Shown here in pieces: positions 27,955 to 41,576 of a stretch of DNA of 64,000 nt. Both the position numbers and the translations under genes were made by a program. Under the pieces are notes generated by a model that ran no database searches, was not told the origin of the DNA, and was given only the letters and a program-made list of their open reading frames with translations. Each line of letters opens with the position of its first letter. Position 1 is the first letter of the stretch. The stretch is from Octopus vulgaris (lineage: Eukaryota): contig OX597826.1 of NCBI GenBank assembly GCA_951406725.2, forward strand, positions 68,572,001 through 68,636,000. The letters are read 5' to 3'.

Positions 27955-29319
27955 ATATATAGGAATTTCAGCGTTTATATTAGCAAGTCGACATTAGTCA
28001 TGCATATTTAATGAAATGAGGATATTAGAAAATATTGAGAAATTCGAAACTTCACTACTTGTTAGGATGTGAATTTGGTTTAGTAAAATTCATTTTTTTC
28101 TTCTTATTTTATTTATTTATTTTTTGCACTAGATTTTTAACAATTGTGTTATTGGATTCACGGCTCCAAACGTAATTTGACAATTTCGCGGCTGAAAGTG
28201 TAAAATGTTTGATAAAATCGCGTTTTGAAGGAATAGGGTGTTAATCTAATTTAATGTATTATTCTGGAAATTCATTTTAATTTAACACCAGTAATAAACT
28301 TTTACAAGCTCTGCTGTCCTATTGTTCTCGTTATGTATTTCTTTGAATTTACATCAAAATTCAATTCGTAGGAAGAGTTAGCAAGCGCGTTTTTTATGTG
28401 CTTGCTAATTATTCCTATCTGCTTTGCCTTTGTTGATTAACATCCATTTGGTGTTTGAGGAGAAGTTGGACTTGTAGACCTTGAGGGTAAAGTAAGTTGT
28501 ACACACTATGAAGGTCCACTCTCCTTTCTACTTTAGTTGGCAAACTAGTGATTTTAATTCTGAGTCTATTGTGGTATATAATGTACAGTTGTATCATATT
28601 TTTGTTTTAATGATGTTGCTTTTCAAGTGTGTACGATGTATGACGATATTTCATTTTTATATATTCCATAAAACTCAAGATGTACAGCTTGAAAATGTCA
28701 TAGCTGCATCGTACGAAGAGCAGTTTTGGAAAAAACTTTCAAGAGACGTTTTAATAATTTCACTTCTCTATTTACAATAAGTTTTCAATTGTCAAATTTC
28801 TAGAGTGAACCCTTGACTTACGTAACATAAATATTTACAGTAAGTAAAAAGTGAAAACTATAATACTTACTCCCAATAATAATAAGAATTTCCGCTGCCA
28901 TTGAAAGCGGTTTTCCTGATCTATCCTCAACTAGGGCCAACATACAAATCAGTATTGTTATAAAATTGTAAAAGCTAGAAGCAGTTTCCTTGAGAAGCTA
29001 GCGACTCGTGCCCTAGTGAAGATCCTCCACCAACATACAACGATCATACATCTATAATACAAAATTGTAATGATAATATTTCTTCGCAAATTACTTATTG
29101 AAACAGGATTGCTGAATTCAGCGCAATAATATACTTGCAGATACGTAACATAAACAAAATACCATTTTGAGCACACAATCTGTTGTTGTAGTTGATTGTC
29201 ATATATTTCTGTGGTGGGCCCGGGAAAGTAGATCTTATAGGACTACAATGAATAAATTAAATGAATTCACGTTGTTTTTTCTCATTTAAATATCTTACTA
29301 GAATATCATCTTCATTTCA

Positions 29320-29513
29320 GGAACTACAGAACAATTAGGCCGAAAGGAAACAAATGATTGCTAAAACTGAAAAAAGGAGACGCTATAAGAAATTCTATTA
29401 CGTGTGCAATATAGAAACTGGAGGGAAAGAATGTGGAATATATACAGAACAAATTTTTTATCGCTATATAAATACTGCAAATAAAATCTAAACAACATGG
29501 TAAAGACAACGAA
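29320..29513 (+). repeat. About 194-bp direct repeat, copy 2, flanked by ATTTCAGGA duplication
   Basis: Near-identical to 27761-27954; ATTTCAGGA at 29314-29322 and 29513-29521. Confidence 0.95.
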
Positions 29514-30643
29514 TTTCAGGATACGTGTGTAGGGTGGAAAAGCTGACGGACAGTGAAACATGGAGCAGATTACAATTAGGTTATATTATCAAATTTAGAC
29601 AGAACTTTGAAGATTTTGCTAAACTTTAACGGAAGAAATATTTTCCTTATATGAGAAAAAATATTTCCTTTATACTGCAAAATATTTACCCAAATTAGTG
29701 ATAAAATTTCCACTTTATAAATTTCAATTCTAAGCAGGAAATTCCTGCTGATGACTTTCATCAAAATATAGAATATATGTTGAGATTTTTGACATTTCCC
29801 GTTTTGTCAATAAAGCGAGGGTCGAATCGTAGCTGCAAGTGCATATAAAGACCAGTAAAATCATAGTACTGATATTCTTGAGTCTGCTTATAACAGCAAT
29901 GTAAGTATGAATAATTTACCTACATATTTGTGCTAGGACCATGGATCTATGCTGAAGAACATATAGATTTTATTCACAACGACACAATCCCTGCGCACAC
30001 TCGTGTATGCACACACATTCATGAATACATATATGCATATATATATATATATATATATCCACGTATGTGTATACATACATCTATATACACACAAGCACAT
30101 GTATTTACGTACATAAATATATATACATACATATGTGTGTATATATATAATTATATTTGTACATATATATATATACATGTATATATATATATACACAGAC
30201 ATATATATGTGTACATATATACCTGTATATATGTATATATATATATACATACATACATATATATGTGTACATATATACTTGTATATATATATATATATAT
30301 ATATCGATATGTGTGTGTATGTATGTGTGTGTGTGTGTCAATAAATATATCACCTGTTTTCATATATGGACAGTAAACTCCATGTCGTCTGCTTCAGTAA
30401 AAAATTTCACGCCTGCTTCGGAAGACATTTTATCTCTGCTTTGATGGTATTTAGTTTGCTCTGAAATATTATGGCTACCGTAGGCTAATGGTTACTTGGC
30501 ACCCCTTCTAGAAGATTCATAAATCTTTCAAGCTAGCTGTTTTGTTCCAGTCACTATCTCATTACGTTTATATAAATTGTCTACTTCTCTTTCTCTCTCT
30601 GTCTCTCTCACTATATGTATGTCTTACCGATACGATTATATTT

Positions 30644-30674
<31 letters not shown>

Positions 30675-30982
30675 TACTTACATATATATATATATATATA
30701 TATATATGTACTTACATATATATATAAACATATATATAAACATATATATATATACCTTTACATCATACCATCTCTTCCTCACATTCTCTCCCACTCGCTC
30801 TCACTTTCATTCTGTATATGCATATGTATGTGTATGTGTGTGTGTGTTAGAGTGTGTGTGTATGTGTGTGTATGTGTGTACGCCTGTGTTTCATGCGTCT
30901 ATGTATGTGTGTCTTGGTTATCCCTTCATCCAGTCATCCATCCGTCTGTCGGTGTGTGGGACAATTATGTATCCATCCATCC

Positions 30983-31048
<66 letters not shown>

Positions 31049-31076
31049 TTGTCTGCCTGTTTGCGTATCTACACGC

Positions 31077-31136
<60 letters not shown>

Positions 31137-31309
31137 AGATGTATATACATAAATATACGTGTGTGCCTGTGTGTATATGTGTGTGTGTCTGTGTGCTGTC
31201 GTGCATGTTTGTATATGACTGTCTCCTATGCTCCAACTAAATTTGCCACATTCTGTATTCCTCGCATCCTGTGCTCCTACCACCATAACCACGCTCATCC
31301 ATACCGTTA

Positions 31310-31334
31310 CCACTACTGCTGCTACTACTTCTAT

Positions 31335-31380
<46 letters not shown>

Positions 31381-31935
31381 GCTGCTACTTCTACTACTAC
31401 TGCAACTACTACAACTACTACAACTGTTACTACTTCTACTTCCGACACCACCACCACCACAACAAAACAACCAGCAACACTACCACCAGCACCAACAACG
31501 ACACTAGTACCTTCACCACAGTCTACATAGCCACCACCACCACCACCGCATCCAACAGAACCACCTCTACTACTACTTCTACTATCCTCCAACGCCACCA
31601 CCACACCCATAACCACCATCACTGCCAGTACCGTCAACGCCGTCACCACCAGTACCAGTACCCACCACCACCACCAATGACACCACTGCCACGAACACCA
31701 CCACCACCACGAACACCACCACCACCACGAACACCACCACCACCACGAACACCACCACGATCAACACTAGCACTAATATAGAAACCGTTGCCACACCTAT
31801 CTCCACAACCACCACCACCACCGATGCCACCTCTACCACCACCAGTACTAATATTGCCCCCATTGCCACCGCTGCCACACCTACCACCACCGCCAACACC
31901 GAAACGCCACCACCACCTACCATTCACTGTCACCA
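31310..31935. repeat. (ACT)n/(ACC)n low-complexity tract with an 18-bp repeat
   Basis: Seen directly; CCACGAACACCACCACCA about 4 times at 31689-31760. Confidence 0.9.
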
Positions 31936-32389
31936 TAGTAACATAGATAGTAAAGATCGAAATGTCACAACACTATTCTGCAACACATTGAATCGAAATA
32001 AAAACTGTGAGTGAGGCAGGTCGTTGGCGGTGCTGGGGGACGGGTGATGGCTCCGTGTGAAACACGTTGCCTTAGAAACTGCAAACGATGATGATGATGA
32101 AGATGATGATGACGATGATGACGACGATCATAATGATGATGATGATAATGACGATGATGATGATGATGATGATGACGGTGGTAGTGATGATACGAGGATG
32201 AGGAGGAGGAGGAACAGAAAGGAAGGACCTAGAACTAGAGAAGAAGAGAAAGAGATTTATAGGGGACAGAGAGACAGAGAGAGCGCGGGAGAGAGAGCGC
32301 GAGAGAGAGAGAGAAAGGGGTATTATAGACGAACGTATAAGTGTGTGCGCGTACGTATGTGTATGAATCGTATATGTATATATATATAC

Positions 32390-32478
<89 letters not shown>

Positions 32479-32607
32479 TGTGTGTATGCGTGTGTATGTG
32501 TGTGTGCGTGTGTGTGTGCGTGTGTAAATACAGATGTGTGAATATATATGTACATATATATATGTATATATATACGTATATATATATATATGCATATATA
32601 CGTATGC

Positions 32608-32646
<39 letters not shown>

Positions 32647-32863
32647 TGCGTGTGTATGTTTGCGTATGTAGGTAGAAATGATATACATTGCGAGAAAATA
32701 AGAGTGAGGAACAACAGGGAGAAATTTGTGGCGAAAATAAAATGTATGTATATGGACATAGAGACAAAAGGTTAAAAGAAAAACTTTCACGAGAATGAGG
32801 TTGGAATAAAGGAATATGTGCGTGTGTATTTCTGTGTGTGTATATATGTATATATATATATTT

Positions 32864-32916
<53 letters not shown>

Positions 32917-33086
32917 CACATATATGTATGTATGTATACATTGTATATACACACATATATCTACACATATATATGTATATATATATATATATACATATAT
33001 ATACACATATATGTATACATATATGTACATATATATACATATATATAAATATATATATATGCATATTTATATATATATATATAGTA

Positions 33087-33120
<34 letters not shown>

Positions 33121-33157
33121 CACATATATGTATATATGTACATATATATACATATAT

Positions 33158-35020
33158 GCAAAAAAACACAGAGTCACTGGTTCTACTGTTGGCCCTCTGA
33201 TTGATGAAAATGGTACTCTTCAAGACAATGCCAAAACCATGGGAGAGATATTGCAGAAACAATATTGCTCTGTTTTCAGCAATCCTGATATGACTGATCT
33301 GGACTGTATCAGTGATGTTACTCCCCAATAAACTTTATCGGACTTAACCTTTGGCGCTCCTGATGTCTTAGCAGAAATAAAGGAAATGAAGCATAATTCA
33401 GCAGTAGGTCCCGTTAGGTTCCCTGCTTGTGTCTTGAAGATGTATCAACACCAACTTGCACCCCATCTAGCCAATCTGTGGAGGAACTTACTGGATGCTG
33501 GATATATACCAGAAGACCTTCTATCCCAATGTGTTGCCCCAGTTTTCAAAAAAGGAAACAAATCGCTTGCCGTGAATTACCGTCCAATCTCACTCACCTC
33601 TCATATCATTAAGGTATTTGAGAGAGTGCTGAGATCGCGTATGACTCACTTCTTTGAGAGTCATAATATGCTGAACTCCAACCAGCATGGATTCCGTAAT
33701 GGAAGAGATTGCCTGACGCAGCTACTCCATCATTTTCATGACATTTTGAGAGCCTTGGGAGAGGGTTCCAACACTGATGTCATCTACCTTGATTTCAGCA
33801 AGGCCTTTGACAGGGTTGATCATAAGATCCTTTTGAGAAAGCTGTCCAATATTGGTGTCACTGGAAAGCTGCTGCAGTGGATCAAGTGCTTTCTGTCTTA
33901 CAGAACCCAACATGTTGTTGTCGAAGGGGTCAAATCCAGCCCAGCCAAAGTCAGCAGTGGTGTCCCACAAGGCACTGTGCTGGGCCCACTTCTCTTCATC
34001 ATCTACATTAATGATATTACTGACACCATCAAACACAGTAACATCAGCACCTTCGCTGATGATTCCAAGCTCCAGAAGGTCATCAATGGCGTGGATGACC
34101 GAATAAGCCTTCAGTCAGACCTACTGGCTGTTGTCCAATGGGCGCAAAAGAACAACATGTTGCTAAATGAAGACAAATTCGAACTGATCCACTTTGGAAG
34201 TGAGGACGCTCTGAAACTCCCATACTCCCTTCCTTCTCGAGAAATTCTCATGGCGTCTAACAACATCAGAGACTTGGGAGTAACAGTGGACAACAACATA
34301 AGCTGGGCTACACATATAAGCAGCAAAGTTGACATGGCCCGCAGAATGTGTTCCTGGATTCTCAGAAGCTTCCAGTCAAGAGATTTCCACACCATTATCC
34401 TTCTCTTCTCCACTTTTGCCCGACCCCACCTTGAATACTGCTGTCCACTGTAGTCTCCCTACACAAAACAAAATGTTATGAGAATTGAAGCTCCCCAAAG
34501 GTCAATCACAAAAAAGATAGATGGCATGTCAGACCTTGACTACTGGGGTAGACTAGAGAAACTGAAACTGTATTCACTCCAACGACGCCGTGAACGCTAC
34601 ATTATCTGTATGATGTGAAAAATATTCCATCAGCACTGTCCGAATGATGTTGGCATCACCTTCAAAATGCATCCAAGGCTTGGACCACGTGCCATCCGTT
34701 CACAACAAAAATCTAAATCGCATCACATAACGACAATACGGCACAGTTATTTCTCCTCAATTGGACCCGCTCTCTTCAATATTACACCAGGACACGTCAA
34801 AACAGAAACTGACCAAACAAAATTCAAGAAGTCTTTGGAAAAACTCCTTCAAACAGTCCCGGACTAACCACCCACATCTGCATATGTCTCCGCAAACAAT
34901 AACTCTCTGCTCGAATGGGCCTCGGTGCCCAAATCCTGAATTGAAATTGAATGTTGTGCTATTAAGTTAGACATGGCCTGAGCCAATGCTGGCCAAAACC
35001 TTTCTAAGTTATTCTAAGTT
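33158..35020 (+). mobile_element. 5'-truncated CR1-group non-LTR retrotransposon (RT pseudo-ORF)
   Basis: RT motifs PVFKKG, NYRPISLTS, QHGFR, YLDFSKAFDRVDH, GVPQGTVLGPLLF, FADD, RPHLEY; premature stops near 33329, 34451, 34616; 3' tail (TTCTAAGTTA)2; flanked by (TA)n. Confidence 0.93.
33386..34453 (+). pseudogene. Reverse transcriptase domain ORF fragment of the LINE
   Basis: 355-aa ORF with RT motifs; truncated by TAG where Trp is expected (YCCPL*). Confidence 0.9.
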
Positions 35021-35234
35021 ATATGTATACATATATATACATATATATAAATATATATATATGTATATATATATGTATATATAAATGTATATATTACGGA
35101 GATGTACTCGCATAGCAAGTAATTTGATCTGAGATCGTGTGCTGAAACGAAAACAATTGCAGCGTGGAAGGTGTTTATAAGCCATTTAAGAAACACACAA
35201 AAGCCGTTCGATTCACTCCAACATTTAAGTTTAA

Positions 35235-35284
35235 TTTGTCAAAATATTTTCGTCGCTAAAATCCGCGACCTGTTCACTGACAAA
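35235..35284 (-). ncRNA. Type I hammerhead-like motif, G3-C8 variant (mirror copy)
   Basis: Reverse complement of 35305-35354. Confidence 0.6.
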
Positions 35285-35304
35285 GTCCGAGATGCAGCAC
35301 GGAC

Positions 35305-35354
35305 TTTGTCAGTGAACAGGTCGCGGATTTTAGCGACGAAAATATTTTGACAAA
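35305..35354 (+). ncRNA. Type I hammerhead-like motif, G3-C8 variant
   Basis: TTTGTCA-GTGAACA-G-GTCGC(GGATTTTA)GCGAC-GAAA-ATAT-TT|TGACAAA: 7-bp stem I, 5-bp stem II, palindromic AATATT stem III. Confidence 0.6.
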
Positions 35355-35438
35355 TTAAACTTAAATGTTGGAGTGAATCGAACGGCTTTTGTGTGTTTCT
35401 TAAATGGCTTATAAACACCTTCCACGCTGCAATTGTAA

Positions 35439-35525
<87 letters not shown>

Positions 35526-35660
35526 GTATATATATGTATATATATATATATATCTATATATATCGTTATATTTCGGAATGGTCATATATATGTATACATA
35601 TATATATATATATATAAACATATGTATATATTTATATATATGTATATATATATATACATA

Positions 35661-35704
<44 letters not shown>

Positions 35705-35770
35705 TATGTATATATGTATGTATATATATATATACACACATATATGTGTAGATATATGTGTGTATATGCA

Positions 35771-35822
<52 letters not shown>

Positions 35823-36073
35823 TTGCGTGTGTGTGTGTATGTGCCTAAGCAGGTGAGAATAGGGATGTGGATTAACTGCGAATGATGAAAGAGTGATTGA
35901 AGAGTGAATAATTGAATAATAAATGCAGGAATGACTGTTGGAATGATTGAATGGGAAAGAGAAGGCATAAAGAAAGAACAGAACCTATCTTTAAGGCTTG
36001 CAGGAATGATTAGGACTTCGCCATTGTAATAGATGTTTTAGTCCTGAGGGAGAATGCGCAATTGGTATTTACA

Positions 36074-36311
36074 GGCGGCGAGCTGGCAGAAACGTTAGCA
36101 CGCCGGGCGAAATGCGTAGCCGTATTTCGTCTGTCGCTACGTTCTGAGTTCAAATTCCACCGAGGTCGACTTTGCCTTTCATCCTTTCGGGGTCGATTAA
36201 ATAAGTACCAGTTATGCACTGGGGTTGATATAATCGACTTAATCCGTTTGTCTTTCCTTGTTTGTCCCCTCTGTGTTTAGCCCCTTGTGGGTAGTAAAGA
36301 AATAGGTATTT
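36074..36311 (+). mobile_element. SINE family 1, well-preserved full-length copy
   Basis: GGCGGCGAGCTGGCAGAAACGTTAGCACGCCGGGCG..GGTAGTAAAGAAATAGGTATT. Confidence 0.92.
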
Positions 36312-36961
36312 TACAGCATCTCTTTCACTCGTGAGAGGAAAGACAGAAAGTTTACTTCAAACTGCTAACCTGACTCGAATGCTCTCTTCTAAAAGCAGGG
36401 AAGTTGTCAGATGATGGAGTCAATCCAGAGGTATCTTATCTATGTCTAATCTCAAGCAGCCAATGCGAGATTTCAATTCAGAAGAAAGAAGGCCCGCAAA
36501 TGATTACCACACGCACGAAATTCGTGTTTCTTTCTCTTCAGGAAGTCCAACGCTCTGGTTCGGTAACTCTGTTTAACGCCTCCTAAAGGATGAAAGAAAA
36601 AGCTGACTTCGGTACGACTTGAACCCAGGGAGGCATACATTCGCAGGAAACAACATAAGACATTCTGGACGAGTCTGTAACTAGCCTAATGTCTGCAGGG
36701 AAAATATCAGATTCAAATTTACGTTTTATTATTTTTTTTCTATTCTTTTTTTCTGCAGATGAAAAAGAAACGGCGGTTCCTTAATAAATTTCTGAATGCG
36801 TTATTCAGGACATCAACAAGTACAGAATCTATGTAATTTTTAGTCATACCATTGGCGTACGTCAGTAATTTCCGTTAATTCAGTTCAGGTGTGTGTGTGC
36901 CTGTGCGCGCGTGTGAATGTGTGTATACTTATGTGTGCGCGTATACATATATATATATATG

Positions 36962-37016
<55 letters not shown>

Positions 37017-37020
<4 letters not shown>

Positions 37021-37207
37021 TACTTGTTTCAGTCATTTGACTGCGGCCATGCTGGAGCACCGCCTTTTAGAGTACAGCAGGGATCACCACCTCCTGCCGG
37101 AGCCTCGTGGAGCTTTTAGGTGTTTTCGCTCAATAAACACACACAACGCCCGGTCTGGGAATCGAAACCGCGATCCTCCGACCGCAAGTCCGCTGCCCTA
37201 ACCACTA
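37017..37207 (-). mobile_element. SINE family 3 head joined to a family 2-type tail
   Basis: 37070-37207 matches the reverse complement of 22330-22460; 37017-37068 matches the family 2 tail. Confidence 0.75.
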
Positions 37208-37256
37208 TTTACATATAGCCATATATACGTGGGCATATATATACTTATACATACCA

Positions 37257-37290
<34 letters not shown>

Positions 37291-37301
37291 GTACGCATAT
37301 A

Positions 37302-37346
<45 letters not shown>

Positions 37347-37518
37347 ATGTATGTATACATGCATACATAGATATGTGTCTAAATAGACAAACAGATGTGT
37401 AGATAGACAAGATCGATCGATAGGTAGATAGATAGATAGTGAGGGAAAGCGAAGTAGAGAGAGTGGGAGAGAGAGATGATAGATATATAAGTAGGTGGAT
37501 ACATAGACATGTTGATAT

Positions 37519-37554
<36 letters not shown>

Positions 37555-38025
37555 GGATGAAGCAATAGTTATTTACTGTAATAACCATATTTACATCAAA
37601 TATATTATATATATACACGCACACGCACACAAACACACACACACACACACACAGACATACGTAATATGTTTAAAGCTTGATGACTCCTTCAAACGGCTTT
37701 CACCGAGATTGAATGACCTCACTCAACGGCTTCTCTGCATATAAAATGTTCACTCAACCAGAGTTGTTATAACACTTCATTACATATAGATCTATCTATA
37801 GGATTTCCTTAGTGCCAACCTCTTTGTCATATTTCTCTCTCCTTCCGATACACGTACCACTGAAATGGAATCTTGTATAAAATGTGACTTATCTAAAAAT
37901 TACTGTCTAATAAGAAACGTCTATTTCTTTTGGGATGTTGCGCTTGGTATTGCTAAGCACCAACTCTACCCTGATTAAGTTGATTAAGTAAGCATGTGAT
38001 CAAACATGTTTCAGCTACGAACACC

Positions 38026-38110
<85 letters not shown>

Positions 38111-38140
38111 GATCGATCGATCGATCGATCTCTCTATCTC

Positions 38141-38189
<49 letters not shown>

Positions 38190-38498
38190 ATATCTATATA
38201 TATATATATATATATAGATAGATAGATAGATAGATAGATATATAGATAGATAGATATTATATATAGATAGATAGATAGATATTATATATATATAATATAT
38301 ATAATATATATGACATATATAATATATATATATATATATGTATGTATGTATGTATCCCAAGATATGTATCTAAAATGGAGACGAAAATTGTTAAGATATT
38401 TTACTTAATGTGATACCAATGGTAGCCTTAATACACAAATAAAGAAATGTTATCCACCAAAGCGGTGTTGAGTACTTATTCTCGTTGCTCGTCATTCT

Positions 38499-38530
<32 letters not shown>

Positions 38531-38539
38531 CATATATAA

Positions 38540-38758
38540 TTAATACAAATATGAAAACACAAAGAGAAAACACAACAACGCGAGGATGTGGGACACGTAT
38601 AGTATTATTGGACGCTCAGGAAAGAAGGAAAGAAGGAGGATTTAACGTTTCGAGCGGAGCTCTTCGTCAGAAACATACGAAAAGGAAAGATCCAAAGAAG
38701 GGAAGATGGAGGAAAAAAATCGCCAACGGTACACACGCGGTCACATTTTGAATGGACC

Positions 38759-38760
<2 letters not shown>
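38540..38760 (-). mobile_element. Family A TA-embedded element
   Basis: Homologous to 1715-1942; flanked by (TA)n on both sides. Confidence 0.65.
38640..38674 (-). ncRNA. Minimal type I hammerhead motif with intact core
   Basis: Reverse complement: GTTT-CTGACGA-A-GAGC(TCC)GCTC-GAAAC-GTT|AAAT. Confidence 0.6.
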
Positions 38761-38809
<49 letters not shown>

Positions 38810-38815
<6 letters not shown>

Positions 38816-39683
38816 GAAAATAAGACAAGATAGAAAATGCTAAAATAATTTTAGCATGAAGTTTCGTACCGGTTTCAGTCTATGCGGCATTTTCAACTTA
38901 GTGTAAATCGTAAAAAACAAATTTTGATTGTTTAAGCCGAAGAAGAAGAAGAAGAAGAAAAAGAAGAAGGAGAAGAAGAAGAAGAAGAAGAAGAAGAAGA
39001 AGAAGAAGAAGAAGAAGAAGAAGAAGAAGGAGGAGGTGGAGGGCGTGGTTGACAATAGTAGGATGTTGGTGGAATCCCCTTAAATGGTCAAGAGAACTGA
39101 AAGTGACCTGTTGCGATTGTAATAGTAGTGATTGGAATTGCTTTCATTAATTAATTGTTAATCACTGTTCTGAATATATCGTTTTTGATATTTGCATGGG
39201 TATTATTCTCAGATCCGGATAGTAGTGTCATTTGTGGTGGACGCATTCAAAAGGGGTTTACATTTAGTGATAAGATATTATTCATTTGTAATGCGCTGAT
39301 TATAGGTTGCATCGTCCTTGAATTTATAGAGGAAAAAATCTTGAAGTTTGGTTGTTCGATAGTCGATGTATACGCTGAAGGATATTTTCGTGTATTCCTA
39401 AATTTTGATCTGGGAGCAATGTAGAGTCATACTTTGACGTTGACTGTTTTTGGTTTGGCCTATGTATTGCTCTCGACACTCTGAGCAAATTAATACATAT
39501 ATTAGGTTTTCTGAAGCACATGTGAAGTTGTTTTCCACTGTAAAATGTTGACCCTGTTTGAAAGAGAATTCTGATCCCTCAATTAGGTTGACACATCTAC
39601 CACACTGAGGTCCTCGTCATTATTTTACTGACGGCTTCAGCGTTGTTGTCAAGTGTACATGGGGTTGGTTTAGGAGACTTTTC
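38810..39683 (-). mobile_element. Penelope-like element 3' fragment (GIY-YIG endonuclease plus 3' region with HHR-like motif)
   Basis: Manual minus-strand translation: [91 protein letters not shown]; bounded by (TA)n on both sides. Confidence 0.85.
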
Positions 39684-39701
39684 ATATATATATATATGTA
39701 C

Positions 39702-39813
<112 letters not shown>

Positions 39814-39827
39814 AGATATATAGATAT

Positions 39828-39871
<44 letters not shown>

Positions 39872-40300
39872 CTTGGGCTCTAGGAGTAGATACATTAGTA
39901 AGACAGGAACTAGAGATGAAAACACTCGCCCAAAGTGACGCGCAAAGCTAGCTTCTTCACCACACAGCCATCTCTACATCTTTGCATACTTTTTCCTCAC
40001 ACTTATGCTCATTAACCTAATCTTGTATGTTGTAGTCGCCATCATGACTTTGCCATAGCATTTTATACTCCACGCTTTGTCTTTTTCCCTGTCTTTTTTG
40101 CACTTAATCTCTTGACAGTTATTTGTTATCTATATGTCTCATACAAACTCTCTATTCTGTCTTATTGTGAAATACTAAATCGTATTTCTTCGAGTATTTT
40201 TTTTTTTGTCTTTTTTTGTCTCGTCTGCAACTGAAGAATTCTTATCAATCTTCGAGCGATAATGGCGTGGAATAAGGAGTAGGAGGTACTATCGTTAACG

Positions 40301-40341
40301 CCGGAAATGCATATTCATTAGTCGCAATAACTGATGAACGG
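40301..40341 (+). ncRNA. Possible type II (permuted) hammerhead motif
   Basis: CCG-GAAA-TGCA-TA|TTCATT(AGTCGC)AATAA-CTGATGA-A-CGG. Confidence 0.35.
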
Positions 40342-40934
40342 GAAAATTCCTCATTTGCTTCAGCTCTCATCATGTTCCAGTTTTCTGTACATCATTGTAC
40401 ATACACGTATTCACTAATTGTTATCTCAAGTACACACTCACAGTGACAAAAAAAAATTTTTAAACTTTTTTCTAACATACCAGAAAATGTGTTAAGTACT
40501 GTGCGAGTTACTAGAAGTGTTATGATGGGTAGGTGTAGAACGGTCTGTTTCAACTTGACGTCTTCCATTGAGAGAGTTTATCAAAAGAACGATTGTTTAA
40601 ATATAGAACAAAAGAAGAATACATTTCAATTGTAAAATCCAATAGACGCTAAATAAAATAATATATTTTCTTCAAATATATCTACATAAATTTACCTAAG
40701 ACGGTATCTCATCCACCATATATACACACGCATACACACTATCAAATACGCAACGACAGACGCACACAAACGCACGCACACGTAAAAGTATGGTCACACA
40801 TAAATGACCAAAATTAATCTCTTATGAATATACACAGGCGCGTCTACAATCACACATATTCACACATATTTACACATGTACTACGTATGTATGTATGTAT
40901 ATATGTATGTATGCATGCATATATCAATACCCAC

Positions 40935-40972
<38 letters not shown>

Positions 40973-41344
40973 AGCACATACATACGCATACACATGTACA
41001 TACACGCACATGTATTTATGTATTTATGTATGTCTATACACATATATATATATATATATGTAGGTATGGATGTATATTTTTATACATATACTTACATGTA
41101 TACATAGCGACACAACACTCATTTTTAAATTGAAATTTGTTTATGAACAGGCTGGAGAAAAGTACAAGCATAATTATATGGGTATACACATAAATATCTG
41201 TAACCAGATATGATATATGCTCACACACACACACACATATATCTTCTGTGTTTATGTGTATATGCGTATATATACTTACATGGTCTATATTCATAAATAC
41301 AAAGATACATATCCACATATACAATATGCATATACGTATGCATA

Positions 41345-41391
<47 letters not shown>

Positions 41392-41408
41392 ACATATATG
41401 TACATATA

Positions 41409-41444
<36 letters not shown>

Positions 41445-41530
41445 CATATATGTACATATATGTATATGCATATATGTACATATATGTATATATATATGCA
41501 TATATTTATATATATATGTATATATATATG

Positions 41531-41576
<46 letters not shown>

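Larger units (their letters stand above)
35153..35436. repeat. Perfect palindrome, 137-bp arms, 10-nt spacer
   Basis: 35153-35289 is the exact reverse complement of 35300-35436; spacer AGATGCAGCA. Confidence 0.97.

Noticed and set aside
27761-29513. LTR retroelement defined by the 194-bp direct repeats
   Set aside because: No TG..CA termini, PBS, PPT or outer TSD; the duplication flanks only the second copy.
30615-33328. Long ORFs (388 aa, 418 aa) with Thr/Pro/His runs that look mucin-like or extensin-like
   Set aside because: Composed of microsatellites that are open in several frames on both strands; no domain or splice support.
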